Assembly: GCA_965248445.1 (NCBI GenBank) | Contig: CBDFJG010000003.1 | Location: 896,001-960,000 of the forward strand | Length of the DNA: 64,000 nt | Direction: 5' to 3' | Origin: Planctomycetota bacterium | Lineage (GTDB): Bacteria; Planctomycetota; JAJSAM01; JAJVHW01 | Shown: positions 1-9,476 of the stretch, one piece after another | Numbering within the stretch: position 1 is the first letter of the stretch | How the letters are laid out: the number at the start of each line of letters is the position of its first letter | The notes under the pieces: generated by a model | The model's input: the letters and a program-made list of their open reading frames with translations, nothing else | Told to the model about the DNA's origin: nothing | Database searches by the model: none | Made by a program: the position numbers and the translations under genes

Positions 1-2799
1 CGCGTTCACCACATATCGTGGGAAGGCTACGATGTAGGGTCGTTCCAGATTCAACTGCACGAGTCTTCGGGTCGCATCGTGTTCGCGTACGCCACGGGCG
101 GCGACGGCTGGGAGCGCGCCAGCTTCTCGCACGGCATCGATGCGCCGGGGAGTGGCGACTCACGCTTCGTCGCTCCGATTTCGACCTTCTACCACCTCGA
201 CGGACACCCGGGTCAGGACTTCGTGTTCGATCCGGACGTCGTGGAGGTGACGGGCATCGCCGCCTATGACCGCATTCAAGCCGACGCCAACGGTGTGGGG
301 AACGGCTTCGACGCAGACATCCGTGTGGCCGGTGCCCGCATCGAACTCATGCGTGGAACGGCGCTGAGTGCCGTCACCCTCACCGATGAGCAGGGTGAGT
401 ACCTCTTGCAGGTGGCGGCGCCGCCAGCCGGCGCCACGGGTTCGGTGAGGATGCTCACGCAGACGAGCACGAGCTGCGTTCGCGCCAGCGCGGGCGTCGC
501 GCCGCACACGCTCACCCTCGACGGGGACGTCTCGTTGACCTCCGACATCGATCTGGGGACCGTCTCCGTGGGAGCGACCGAGGACCCGGTTGGGACCGTC
601 CGCGCCGCACTCCACGTCTCGCAGGCGATCCGGTCACTGCACGGGATCGTCGCTGCAGGAGTCGAGGCGCTCCCGCATCTCGAGGTGCTCTACGATCCGG
701 CATCGACGGCGGTCTCGAGGTACACGCCGGAAGCGGGGCAGACGGCGCCGGTGCTGCGCATCGGCAGCCCGCAGTCCGGCAACGAGGACGGCTGGGACCC
801 GGATGTGATCGCACGCACGTACGCACGCCACGTTCTGGCCAACATCGCGGGGGCGGCGGCAACGCCGGAGGACTACGGTTACGACCAGGTCACCGATCCC
901 CAGAACGCGTTCGCGGAGGCATTCGGCGCGTACTTCGCGTCGCTGGCGGATTCCGACGACATGTTCGTCGATGCCATCTCCGCAAACACGGGATCCGAGT
1001 GGTCCCTCGAGACGCCGGATCTGAACAGCGCACGGGCGCCGGACGTCGCGGGGTGGGTGGCGGGAATGCTGTTCGACCTCGCCGACCCGGACAACGAGCT
1101 CCATGATCGGGTGGACAGCACCGCCCCGGGTGCGGTCTACCTCCTGGAGTTCGTGGGTGGTCTGTCCGAAGCGCCAGACTTCGAGACTTTCTTGGATGCG
1201 TGGATCTCGGACGGACACGACCCCGTACCGCTGGTCCGCAGCTACATCCATCACGGTCTGATCGCCGACGACGACGCCGAGCCGAACGACGGTGCGGACG
1301 AGCCCACCGATCTCGGCGTGGCGGGCGCGCTGGTCATCGGTCGCGTGCTCAACCGGCACAACGAAGATTGGTACGAGGTGTCCACGGACGGCACCGCGAC
1401 GTCGCTGCAGGCCGACGTGACGTACGACCGGGCCACCGTTCTCAGCGACGTGACGGTCGAGATTCGGAGCCGAGCCGATGCCGTTCTGGCGTCCAAGACC
1501 ACTGTCGGGGGAACCGGTCCTGTGAGCGTGACGACGGCGTTCCCTTCCGCCGGCGACTACCGCGTGCGCGTCGCCCTCGCCAGCGGGGAGCCGATCCCCG
1601 AGTACACGGTTCAGGCGTTCTCGCCACTCGTTCTCTCCGCGAACCCGCTGCCGGACTGGACGGTGGGCCGCGACTACGACCAGCAGTTCGGCGTGGCGAA
1701 CGGCATTCCCCCCTTGCAGCTGGGGCTGAACACCGGACACCGGGTACCGCCCGGTATGGGACTCGTCGGCACGTCGCTGCGCGGCGCGCCGTCAGCGGCA
1801 GGGGACTACGCGTTCACGATCCGGGTAGTGGACTCCGGCAACCCACAGAACTCGGTGAGCAGGGCGTTCTCCGTTCGCATGAACGAGGCGCTCTCACTCG
1901 GCGACGAGCAGTTCCTCGCCCTACCGCTCGGCCGCTCGGCGCGTGCGTTCGACCGCGCGACCGGTGGCACGGCGCCGATCGCGTACACCGTGCTGGGCGG
2001 CGCGGTGCCGGACGGCATGACCCTCACCCCGGGTGGGTTCGTGCTCGACGGTGTCGCAACGGTTGCCGGCAGCGGAGTGCTCCACGTGCGCGGAACCGAC
2101 ATCGCGGGATCCAGCGACGAGCGCGAGTTCACCACCGTGGTCTGTGCCCCGGCCGAGGAGGCAAAGGCCGAGGTGGCGCTGGCCGCCGGTCAGCCCGCCT
2201 GCGGCTACTTCTTCGACGCGGCGGCGGGCAGTTCTCTCAAGTTCAAGGTGCGCACCGCGAAGAAACAGCCGAAGCGGGCGCTGCACGCCGTGCTGCTCGG
2301 ACCGGCCGGCGTCTCCGTCGCGGGGGGGAAGTTCAAGGACGGAACGGGCAAGGCGTCGTTCAGCAAGGTGATCGCGCCCTCGTCGGGGAGGTACTTCGTC
2401 GTCCTCGTGTCCGGAGACGGCCTCGACACCACGCTCGTCGCGACCGCGAGGGTCAAACCGCAGAAGAAGGCAAAGGGCGAGTTCACGGACATCACGGAGG
2501 ACTCGACCGAGGACATCCTCGTCGGCGCGCTCGCCGGTGCGCGGGCGACTCTCAAGCTGAAGGGCGACAGGAAGCGGAGTCTCGTTCCGAAGGTCGTCGC
2601 GCTGTTCGATCCTGACGGCGGAGTTGTCTCGCTGGCGGGCCTCGTAAGCACGCAGGGAAACAAGGCGACGCTCGTCGTCGACCTGCCACGCGACGGCACC
2701 TGGACGATACGCGTTGGCGCCGAACCCGGTGCGAGTGGCGCGGTGAAGTGGTCACTGAAGGTCAAGCAGCCCAAGGGCGCCGTCTTCAACGCCGACTGA
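1..2799 (+). CDS. Large surface/secreted protein, 5'-truncated by the window; degenerate zincin-like region, PPC-like and He_PIG/Ig-like domains, Lys-rich C-terminal beta domains
   Basis: Frame 1 is open from base 1 (RVHHISWEGY..FQIQLHESSGRIVFAY). Contains EPND..DWY PPC-like motif and repeated GG.PP...LPPG Ig-like units. Confidence 0.7.
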   Translation, partial: RVHHISWEGYDVGSFQIQLHESSGRIVFAYATGGDGWERASFSHGIDAPGSGDSRFVAPISTFYHLDGHPGQDFVFDPDVVEVTGIAAYDRIQADANGVGNGFDADIRVAGARIELMRGTALSAVTLTDEQGEYLLQVAAPPAGATGSVRMLTQTSTSCVRASAGVAPHTLTLDGDVSLTSDIDLGTVSVGATEDPVGTVRAALHVSQAIRSLHGIVAAGVEALPHLEVLYDPASTAVSRYTPEAGQTAPVLRIGSPQSGNEDGWDPDVIARTYARHVLANIAGAAATPEDYGYDQVTDPQNAFAEAFGAYFASLADSDDMFVDAISANTGSEWSLETPDLNSARAPDVAGWVAGMLFDLADPDNELHDRVDSTAPGAVYLLEFVGGLSEAPDFETFLDAWISDGHDPVPLVRSYIHHGLIADDDAEPNDGADEPTDLGVAGALVIGRVLNRHNEDWYEVSTDGTATSLQADVTYDRATVLSDVTVEIRSRADAVLASKTTVGGTGPVSVTTAFPSAGDYRVRVALASGEPIPEYTVQAFSPLVLSANPLPDWTVGRDYDQQFGVANGIPPLQLGLNTGHRVPPGMGLVGTSLRGAPSAAGDYAFTIRVVDSGNPQNSVSRAFSVRMNEALSLGDEQFLALPLGRSARAFDRATGGTAPIAYTVLGGAVPDGMTLTPGGFVLDGVATVAGSGVLHVRGTDIAGSSDEREFTTVVCAPAEEAKAEVALAAGQPACGYFFDAAAGSSLKFKVRTAKKQPKRALHAVLLGPAGVSVAGGKFKDGTGKASFSKVIAPSSGRYFVVLVSGDGLDTTLVATARVKPQKKAKGEFTDITEDSTEDILVGALAGARATLKLKGDRKRSLVPKVVALFDPDGGVVSLAGLVSTQGNKATLVVDLPRDGTWTIRVGAEPGASGAVKWSLKVKQPKGAVFNAD

Positions 2800-2890
2800 C
2801 TGCCGTGCCTGGCCGATTTGCGTTGGTCGCTGCGCGGACCGTATCGCCGGGCGGCGAGCCCGCTCCCTCTCGGCGGGGGAGAGACCTGGC

Positions 2891-3973
2891 ATGCGCATCT
2901 TGCTGACCGGAGCGTCGGGCTACCTCGGCATGCATCTCTCGAGCACTCTGGTCCGGGCCGGACACGAGGTCACGGCGCTCGTTCGCTCACCGGACCGACT
3001 GGGGCGACTCGCGGAGCACCGTGCGGTGACGGTCCGCCATGCGGATCTCCTGGAGGAGTCGCGTGTCGCGGCCGCGGTGGAAGGGCATGAGGTGTGCGTC
3101 CACGCCGGCTTTGTCTGGGGTCCACCGAGAAGCGAGCTCGAGCTCTTGGACACCGTTGCGGCGGCGAAGCTGTTCGACGCTGCGGGCAGGACGGGCGTAG
3201 GCCGAACCGTGCTGGTGTCGTCGACGGCCGTGCACCGTCCGTTCACGACGGAGATGCAGGAGGACGATGCGCTCACGACCGCTGACGTCTACGGGGCCAC
3301 CAAAGCGGCAGCGGAGTTGTTCCTGTGGGCAGCATGCGGGACCCACGCGATGCAAGGAGTCGTGCTACGACCGGGCCCGATTGTCGGATCGCCGGCACTG
3401 CCGGACGGTGCGTTTCGGAGCGACCGTCGCATCGTGGCGTTGGTTGACGCAGCCCGTCGCGGGGAACCTCTGCGGATGGTGCGAGGTGAGGGGCGTCAGT
3501 TCGTCGCCGCCGAGGACGTGGCCCGCACCGTAGCGGTCGCGATCGAGGCGCCAGAGGCTTCTGGGACCTACCTGTGCGTCGACCGGGAGTTCACCAGCTG
3601 GGAGTCGATCGCGCGCCGGGCGGTCGAGCTGACGCAGTCGACGAGCAGCGTCGTGACGGAGGACGATCCAGAGGGCCGTTCGAATCCGCGTTTCAACGAC
3701 AGCCGCCTCGCCACGCTGCTCGGTGGCCCGTTAGACAGTCGAGCAGCCATGGAGCAGCGCCTCGCTCACTTCAAGACCGCTGTCCACGAGTTCGTCGTGA
3801 CCGCACGTGCGGCACTCGCTCGGCTCGTGGTCGATCACCTCATCGACGAGCTTGCGAGACGTGCCCGGATGGCCGGGCTGAGCGCCCTGCTTCTTGTCAG
3901 ACGGCGGACGGCGACGGCGGCGGCGCTTGGACCACGGGGCGTCCGAGGACGGTGGCTTCGACGAGGTGCGTGA
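2891..3973 (+). CDS. NAD-dependent epimerase/dehydratase (extended SDR); native 3' end replaced by read-through into an IS66 remnant
   Basis: TGASGYLG nucleotide-binding motif, SST and YGATK catalytic motifs. Sequence after about 3770 is antisense IS66. Confidence 0.85.
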   Translation: MRILLTGASGYLGMHLSSTLVRAGHEVTALVRSPDRLGRLAEHRAVTVRHADLLEESRVAAAVEGHEVCVHAGFVWGPPRSELELLDTVAAAKLFDAAGRTGVGRTVLVSSTAVHRPFTTEMQEDDALTTADVYGATKAAAELFLWAACGTHAMQGVVLRPGPIVGSPALPDGAFRSDRRIVALVDAARRGEPLRMVRGEGRQFVAAEDVARTVAVAIEAPEASGTYLCVDREFTSWESIARRAVELTQSTSSVVTEDDPEGRSNPRFNDSRLATLLGGPLDSRAAMEQRLAHFKTAVHEFVVTARAALARLVVDHLIDELARRARMAGLSALLLVRRRTATAAALGPRGVRGRWLRRGA

Positions 3974-4105
3974 GTCCTTGCGCAGCCGGGACTCGAGATC
4001 GTCGATGCGCGCGGCCTGCTTCTTGATGAGCGCGGCCTGCCTCGTGATGAGCTCGCTCTGGTCAAGGCGCCCAAGTAGCTCGAGAGTGCCGGTCGCGTCC
4101 GGCGG
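3770..4105 (-). mobile_element. IS66-family transposase N-terminal fragment (no start codon)
   Basis: Minus strand reads ..QAARIDDLESRLRKDSRTSSKPPSSDAPW..KKQGAQPGHPG..CRTCG, matching the SSKPPSSD / GQPGH / CxxC pattern of IS66 transposase N-termini. Boundaries approximate. Confidence 0.8.
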
Positions 4106-4111
4106 ACAGTG

Positions 4112-4555
4112 TCACACCGGATGCAGGGCGCGCGTGCTTTGAGTCCGCGGCTTGCCCAACGGCTGGGTGGCGACCGAGTACGCGAGCCATGCGACGGCTG
4201 CGACGAAGGCGAAGTGTGCGGAGGCCGGTGCGTCGAGTCCGCCGAAGCAGCCGCACGTCGACACGTCGTGGCCATGGGCGACCAGCCAGCACAGCATGCC
4301 CGCGAAGCTGACGAACATCGCAAGCGTCGTGCGCGCGGCGATAGCTCGCCAGCGGGTCGCCAAGCCGGCGGCGAGCACCAGCTCAGCCGACGCGACGGTC
4401 GCCAGCAGGGGGATCGTGGGAATGCCCTCGACGATCCACCTGTCCGGAATCGTATCCGGGCGGAACAGGATGGCGAACAGCTTCGCCAACGCCGTCCCGA
4501 CCAAGGTGACGAACAGGACGCCGTTCGCCACGCGTGAGATCGTCTGGTCCTTCAC
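4112..4555 (-). CDS. MauE/DoxX-family membrane protein
   Basis: About 4 hydrophobic segments and a CGCFG motif. GTG start overlaps the TGA of the upstream gene (GTGA). Confidence 0.75.
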   Translation of the reverse strand: MKDQTISRVANGVLFVTLVGTALAKLFAILFRPDTIPDRWIVEGIPTIPLLATVASAELVLAAGLATRWRAIAARTTLAMFVSFAGMLCWLVAHGHDVSTCGCFGGLDAPASAHFAFVAAVAWLAYSVATQPLGKPRTQSTRALHPV

Positions 4556-6354
4556 CGTGTGTTCACCTCGGCAGTGGCCACCTTGCCGGCCTGCACGTTG
4601 ATGGGTCCGAGGTCCGAGCTTCGGCCGTCCGGGGTTCGGACCCGGACGCTGTAGGTCGCCTGGGGCAAGAGCGGTACCACGGGTCGGGCCCCGTAGACGG
4701 ACACGGAGACCGACACCACCCGGCCAGAGGGCGTCTCCCACTCGAAGTCGAGGGCGACCGCAGGGTAGTCGAATACCGTTCCGCCACCGGGCTGGACCAA
4801 CTGGAGGGAACCCGTGCGCGAAGGTTGCAGCTCGACCGGGCTCGTTTCATCCGGCAGCACGTCGACGGTCTCCGAGACCGCCCAGTCCACGGTGGTGGGA
4901 CTGATGGTCGGCGCAACATGGACCCTATAACGCCCTGCCGGCAGGTCGCGCAGCGTCGCGACGACGCCCGGCGCCACGCGATTCACGCGGCACGTGTAGG
5001 AGCTGACGCCGTCGCCGGGATCCCGTTCCGGGAGCAGCACGACGCGAACCCAAGGCGAGAGGGACGGGGCGCTCTCGACCAGTACGGACCGCAAGCTCGC
5101 GGGTACATCGTCGAGCACCCAGCTGATCGTGACCGCGCCGCGTCCACGTACGTCGGTGGGAACGAGCGAGATCTCGGTCACCTGGTCCCCGGCGTCGAGA
5201 CGATGCGCCCAGACGTCCGCACGTGCGGGTTGCCAGCCCGGCGCGCGAATCGTGTACGGGAACGGTCCGACCCACTCGTCTTCGGTGCCCATCGAGAACG
5301 CCCAGTCGATCTCGGCCTCGTTGCGGTCGTCGCCGCGCCGCCGCGGTGCGACTCGGCCATCGGACAGCACGCTCAGGAGGTCCTGTTCGGCGAAGGACTG
5401 TGGAAAGCCCGGCAGGTTCGACGGGAACCCGAAGGACGTCGCCGGGAGGTACGTACCACCCCGGAGCAACCGGGCCGGCAGACCCTCGCCGTCGACGAAC
5501 CGTATGGCGATCCGGTAGAGCGTCTCCGTCGCCACAGAGGCACGCGCAACGCCCTCCGCCGGCGTCGTCATCACGGTCTCGCCGGCCCAGGAAGCCCCGG
5601 CTGCCAGCACCGTGTACCCAGTGGACGGGCGGGCGGACCGAATCTCGAAGTTCCCTTCCTCGTCGGTCTCCGTCACGAGTCGGCGTGGATCGGCGAGCAG
5701 GCGTTCGAATCGGGACGCGGTGGCGAGTGCCGGAGGCGCCGTCCGTGTTCGGAGAGCCACCCGGGACACACCCGTGCGTGGACGGCCTTGGGAGTCGAAC
5801 ACCCGCCCCTGCACGACGACGGCCGGTCTCAGCATGATCTCGATCACGTTCGAGTCGTCGCCCGCGAAGAGGTGGCGAGCACGATCGAGCGGGATCCAGG
5901 CGACGCGATGGTCGGCATGAGCGACGACCAGGTCCGCTGCGCCCCACCGCGGCTCCGGTACCGAGAACGAGTGCATGCCGTGGCGATCCGTGACGCCCAC
6001 CGGCGCCAGCTCATCCGTGTCATGCCCGGCGAGGTGAAGACGTGCCCCGACGACCGGATCACCACTGAGCGCGTCGATCACGCGCACGCGTGCGTTCGTC
6101 GTCTCGGGAGCGGTCGGGGGCTGTACCGGGTCCGTCGCCGCCTCCGGTGTCGACGGAGGGCGTACGCGAGCGGCATCCTTGGTCGAACCGGCGCGCTCAC
6201 GCGCGTCTGCTTGATGCAACTGCTGCTCGTGATCATGACGGTGTTCGCGTTTCACGAACAACACCAGGCCCAGCGCACAGAGCACGAGAGTGACGAGCAG
6301 CAGAACCAACTCGATACGGATGCGGCCGCGATTCGTCCGTCTCGATGTCGGCAT
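4552..6354 (-). CDS. Membrane-anchored protein with carboxypeptidase-regulatory-like (beta-sandwich) domains
   Basis: N-terminal TM helix; repeated VRVID..G.PV.GA, TD..G.F and LPAGRY motifs. Confidence 0.7.
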   Translation of the reverse strand: MPTSRRTNRGRIRIELVLLLVTLVLCALGLVLFVKREHRHDHEQQLHQADARERAGSTKDAARVRPPSTPEAATDPVQPPTAPETTNARVRVIDALSGDPVVGARLHLAGHDTDELAPVGVTDRHGMHSFSVPEPRWGAADLVVAHADHRVAWIPLDRARHLFAGDDSNVIEIMLRPAVVVQGRVFDSQGRPRTGVSRVALRTRTAPPALATASRFERLLADPRRLVTETDEEGNFEIRSARPSTGYTVLAAGASWAGETVMTTPAEGVARASVATETLYRIAIRFVDGEGLPARLLRGGTYLPATSFGFPSNLPGFPQSFAEQDLLSVLSDGRVAPRRRGDDRNEAEIDWAFSMGTEDEWVGPFPYTIRAPGWQPARADVWAHRLDAGDQVTEISLVPTDVRGRGAVTISWVLDDVPASLRSVLVESAPSLSPWVRVVLLPERDPGDGVSSYTCRVNRVAPGVVATLRDLPAGRYRVHVAPTISPTTVDWAVSETVDVLPDETSPVELQPSRTGSLQLVQPGGGTVFDYPAVALDFEWETPSGRVVSVSVSVYGARPVVPLLPQATYSVRVRTPDGRSSDLGPINVQAGKVATAEVNTR

Positions 6355-6447
6355 GAGCGCGCTCCCTCTTCGATCGTACCGCCGTCGATCCGCCGGTGCG
6401 GCACGACTGTGCGCACCGGCACCATGAGCAGCCCGGTCAACGTTGGT

Positions 6448-6849
6448 TCAGTCGCAGTGCGCCTGGTACTTGCTACCCGTCTTCGAGCCCCGGCACACGC
6501 CGGGCAGTGGGCACGTGGGGCAATCGCCGTTCACGTCGAACGGATAAGGCCTGCCCGGAGGTGTCACGAAGTACTTGATGACGTGGCAGCACGAAGCCTC
6601 CGGGATACCGGGGCACCCGCAATAGAAGTAGCCGCCGTTCGGCCCGGACGGATTGCCCTGCAGTGTGCACGCGGTCATGTCCGGGCACGACCCGGCGCAG
6701 CTCACAGTGTACGTCGGGCCGGTACCGCTGTGTCCGAAGTGTCCGGTTCCCGAACAGCTCGCACCGGACGCAAGCACGATCTCCGACGACGACCAGGCGA
6801 GGGCGACGATCGCCACAAGCGTCACCAGCGATGTCCATCGCAATCTCAT
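6448..6849 (-). CDS. Secreted Cys-rich small protein (133 aa, 12 Cys)
   Basis: AGAGGTG SD before ATG 6849; signal-peptide-like MRLRWTSLVTLVAIVALAWS; 12 Cys in a Gly/Pro-rich mature part. Confidence 0.75.
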   Translation of the reverse strand: MRLRWTSLVTLVAIVALAWSSSEIVLASGASCSGTGHFGHSGTGPTYTVSCAGSCPDMTACTLQGNPSGPNGGYFYCGCPGIPEASCCHVIKYFVTPPGRPYPFDVNGDCPTCPLPGVCRGSKTGSKYQAHCD

Positions 6850-6864
6850 TGCATCACCTCTCTT

Positions 6865-7170
6865 GTAATTGTTCACGTACGTGGGAGTTGATCGAGTTCA
6901 GCGGGCGGCGGGCAGGCTGACGAGGTCGGGGGGCGGCTGGCCGCGGGCGGCGGCGGCCGCGGGCGGCGGCCTGGGTGAGGTAGTCGAAGACGTTCTCGCC
7001 GCGGAGGCGCAGGGTTGGCGGTGACGGTGAGGATGCGTTCAGCAAAGCGCAGGCCGCGCTTGCTCTGGCTGCCGAAGCATCCCTTCCTCCAGAGCACCGG
7101 CTTGCGCACGGCCGCGTTGTTGGTGGGCTCGACGCCCGGGACGCGGGCGAATGTCCAGAGGGCGTCGATA
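6865..7170 (-). mobile_element. IS66-family transposase C-terminal fragment with terminal repeat-like end
   Basis: LWTFARVPGVEPTNNAAVRKPVLWRKGCFGSQSKRGLRFAERILTV, then frameshifted LRLRGENVFDYL. GTAATTGTTCAC at 6865-6876 resembles an IS66 end. Confidence 0.8.
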
Positions 7171-7446
7171 CCCCCCGTCAGGGGGACCTCCCAGAAATGA
7201 AGTGCGCGGCCGCACGGGCTCGGACCGCCGGGAACCCCCCGACGCTCCGAGTGTTCTGCGTTCTTGCATGGGGCCCCGCCCGCGCGCGGCGGGCCGGCTG
7301 CCGGGTGACGTTGGCGGGCGGGGTTGGCCCGCTCTCGCTGGCGCCTCCGCGGCGAGGTGGCGCCGCTCGGCGTCTACACGGAGAGACAGCGGTGCCGAGA
7401 CCGGAGCGGGAGATCCCGGGGACCCGGATCGGCCAGCTAGATAGCT

Positions 7447-7471
7447 CCCGAAATTTTCGGGGGGGGGGGGG
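7447..7471. repeat. Palindrome CCCGAAATTTTCGGG running into a G13 tract
   Basis: Seen directly; G run at 7459-7471. Confidence 0.7.
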
Positions 7472-7707
7472 AAGTCCTTGCCATACGCCGTCTTTCCCCA
7501 TCGCGCTGGCGTCTGCGCCAGGCTCGGGTGCGAGAGGCGTTCGGCTTGGCCATCGCGGGAGTAGAGCACGCTCCCCCCGCCAGCGCAAACGAACCCCTGA
7601 GGGACTTCGGCCGAGGGGTAGCGTCCCACGAAGGTGTGTACATTTGTCTGACGACAGATTCTAAGGAAGCAACCTGGATGGGCCAGCCACGGATAGGAGG
7701 TGCGACC

Positions 7708-7944
7708 TCACGCCGGCCGGAGGCTGTTGGGCGGGTTCGGATGCTCCCGGACGCACCACTCCCACAGCTCGACGTGGTGCTGGCGCTCCCGCAGGAGGTC
7801 GGGGTAGAGGCCGACGACGGCGTCCGACAGAGCCTGGATGGGAAGATCCACGATCTCCCCCGCGACGGCGAAGCGGCGCTTGCCGGTCGGGCTGAGGCCG
7901 AGATCCTGAGCGAGCAGGAGTGTCCCGGGGAAGCGAGCGGCCAT
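7708..7944 (-). CDS. Hypothetical phage protein
   Basis: 78-aa ORF starting 3 nt after the lipoprotein stop. Confidence 0.5.
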   Translation of the reverse strand: MAARFPGTLLLAQDLGLSPTGKRRFAVAGEIVDLPIQALSDAVVGLYPDLLRERQHHVELWEWCVREHPNPPNSLRPA

Positions 7945-7947
7945 CGG

Positions 7948-8451
7948 CTACTCGGCGGGCTCCGGTTCCTTCTCCGGATCGGCGGTCGGCGCCTCGGTGG
8001 GCTTCTCGGCCGCCACGTCGTTCGAGCCGCCCGCCAGACCAAGGGCCTCCGCGACCGACTCGGCGGCTCCCTTCGCCGGGCCGTCCAGGTTGGCGTCCAC
8101 GCGGATCGGGGTCTCGTTCGTAGGAGACGCCGTGCCTCCGCGCTGATCGGTGCCGACCTTCACGTCCTGGCGCGAGTAGAACAGATCGCCGACGCTGCCG
8201 GGGTTGCCCGCGGCCGCGCGTGCCTGGACAAACGCGGCGAGCTGCTCGGGCGTCCAGCGGTCCATGCCGAGCGGCCAGTCGGAGACGGTGACCTGGGTAC
8301 GCACGACATCGGCTTCCTCGACGGCGAGGACACCGGCCGACCAACTGAGCGTCGGGTTGGCGGCGCCGGCGTCGGCGCGCCCGGTGGCGCAGCCGGGAAG
8401 CAGGAGAGCGGCCGGCAGGATGGCGAGAGCGGCGAGCAGGGGGAACTTCAT
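7948..8451 (-). CDS. Phage lipoprotein (spanin candidate)
   Basis: MKFPLLAALAILPAALLLPGC lipobox; ATGA overlap with the holin-like gene. Confidence 0.65.
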   Translation of the reverse strand: MKFPLLAALAILPAALLLPGCATGRADAGAANPTLSWSAGVLAVEEADVVRTQVTVSDWPLGMDRWTPEQLAAFVQARAAAGNPGSVGDLFYSRQDVKVGTDQRGGTASPTNETPIRVDANLDGPAKGAAESVAEALGLAGGSNDVAAEKPTEAPTADPEKEPEPAE

Positions 8452-8729
8452 CGGTGTGACTCCTCTCGGTCGAGATGGTGCTCGACCCGTTCGATGGAGG
8501 CCTTCGCGGCCCCCAGGATCTCGGTGCACGTGGTGATGAGCGCCGCGGACCTCTCTTCGAGGACCTCCACGGCGCGCACGGACTGACGCTGCGCCTCGTG
8601 GCACGCGTCGGCGATCACCTTCTGCGTCGCGTCGCTCTCGCGCATGCGGCGCAGGAAGAGCACCACCAGGACGACGAGCACCACGAGGGAGGGCACCTGA
8701 CGGGCGGCTTCGGTGAGCACGGCTTCCAT
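8448..8729 (-). CDS. Holin-like protein (single TM plus coiled coil)
   Basis: 93 aa, SLVVLVVLVVLFL TM followed by a helical tail; GAGGAGG SD. Confidence 0.55.
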   Translation of the reverse strand: MEAVLTEAARQVPSLVVLVVLVVLFLRRMRESDATQKVIADACHEAQRQSVRAVEVLEERSAALITTCTEILGAAKASIERVEHHLDREESHR

Positions 8730-8732
8730 GGA

Positions 8733-9305
8733 TCAGGCCCTCCTCTTCGCGAGCGCACGGGTCGCGGTCGTAGGACCGAGCACCGGCGCGGCGGTCTTGC
8801 GCGGGCGGCGGAACCTCCGGACGATCCGGCTGACGTGGGACGGGCAGACGCCGAAGCGATCGGCGATGGCCGCCTGCGTGACGCCGCCTGCGGCGTAGAG
8901 ACGCCGAATCTCGGCGCGATCGGCGTTCGAGAGACGCGCTTGGTGGTGGTCCTCGCCGCGCGGGTACGGGTGCCGCCCCTTCGCGGCCATGTCGCACATG
9001 TTGTCCGACTGCGTGCCGAGGAAGAGGTGGTCGGGTCGAACGCAGGGCGGGTTGTCGCAGGCGTGGCAGACCAGCATCCCCGCCGGGATCAGGCCGCGCG
9101 CGAGCTCCCACGCCACGCGGTGCGCCTGAACGCCGCGCCCTCCGATCGTGAAGGCGCCGTAGCCGCGCGGGTAGCGCCGGCCGGTCCACTCCCAGCAGCC
9201 CGCTGTCTTCCGGACACGCGGCCAGAAGCGGTCGGCGACCGGAACCGTGCGACGCATCAGGCGGCGCGCGTCGAACCCCGGACGGAAGGAGCCTGCCGTC
9301 TTCAC
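8733..9305 (-). CDS. HNH homing endonuclease with C-terminal HTH
   Basis: CWEWTG..YG..AHRVAW..VCHACDNPPCVRPDHLFLGTQSDN; TQAAIADRFGV HTH. True start may be slightly downstream. Confidence 0.9.
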   Translation of the reverse strand: MKTAGSFRPGFDARRLMRRTVPVADRFWPRVRKTAGCWEWTGRRYPRGYGAFTIGGRGVQAHRVAWELARGLIPAGMLVCHACDNPPCVRPDHLFLGTQSDNMCDMAAKGRHPYPRGEDHHQARLSNADRAEIRRLYAAGGVTQAAIADRFGVCPSHVSRIVRRFRRPRKTAAPVLGPTTATRALAKRRA

Positions 9306-9476
9306 GTCACGCTCTCGTGTGGCGCGCGGTCTGCGCGTAGGCGAGGTCGGCGCGGAAGACGACCGTCCCGCCGGCCTTCCCGGCGCCGCCCACGGTCTTG
9401 CGCCAGAGCGTGGCGAGGACGAGGCAGCCCGAGGAGACGGGGTTCGCCGGGTCGGCGTGGTCGATCAGGAGTTCGC

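Noticed and set aside
6448..6849. Methylamine dehydrogenase small subunit (12 Cys, near MauE)
   Set aside because: No Trp in the mature region for TTQ, no twin-Arg leader, and no mauB/D/G nearby.
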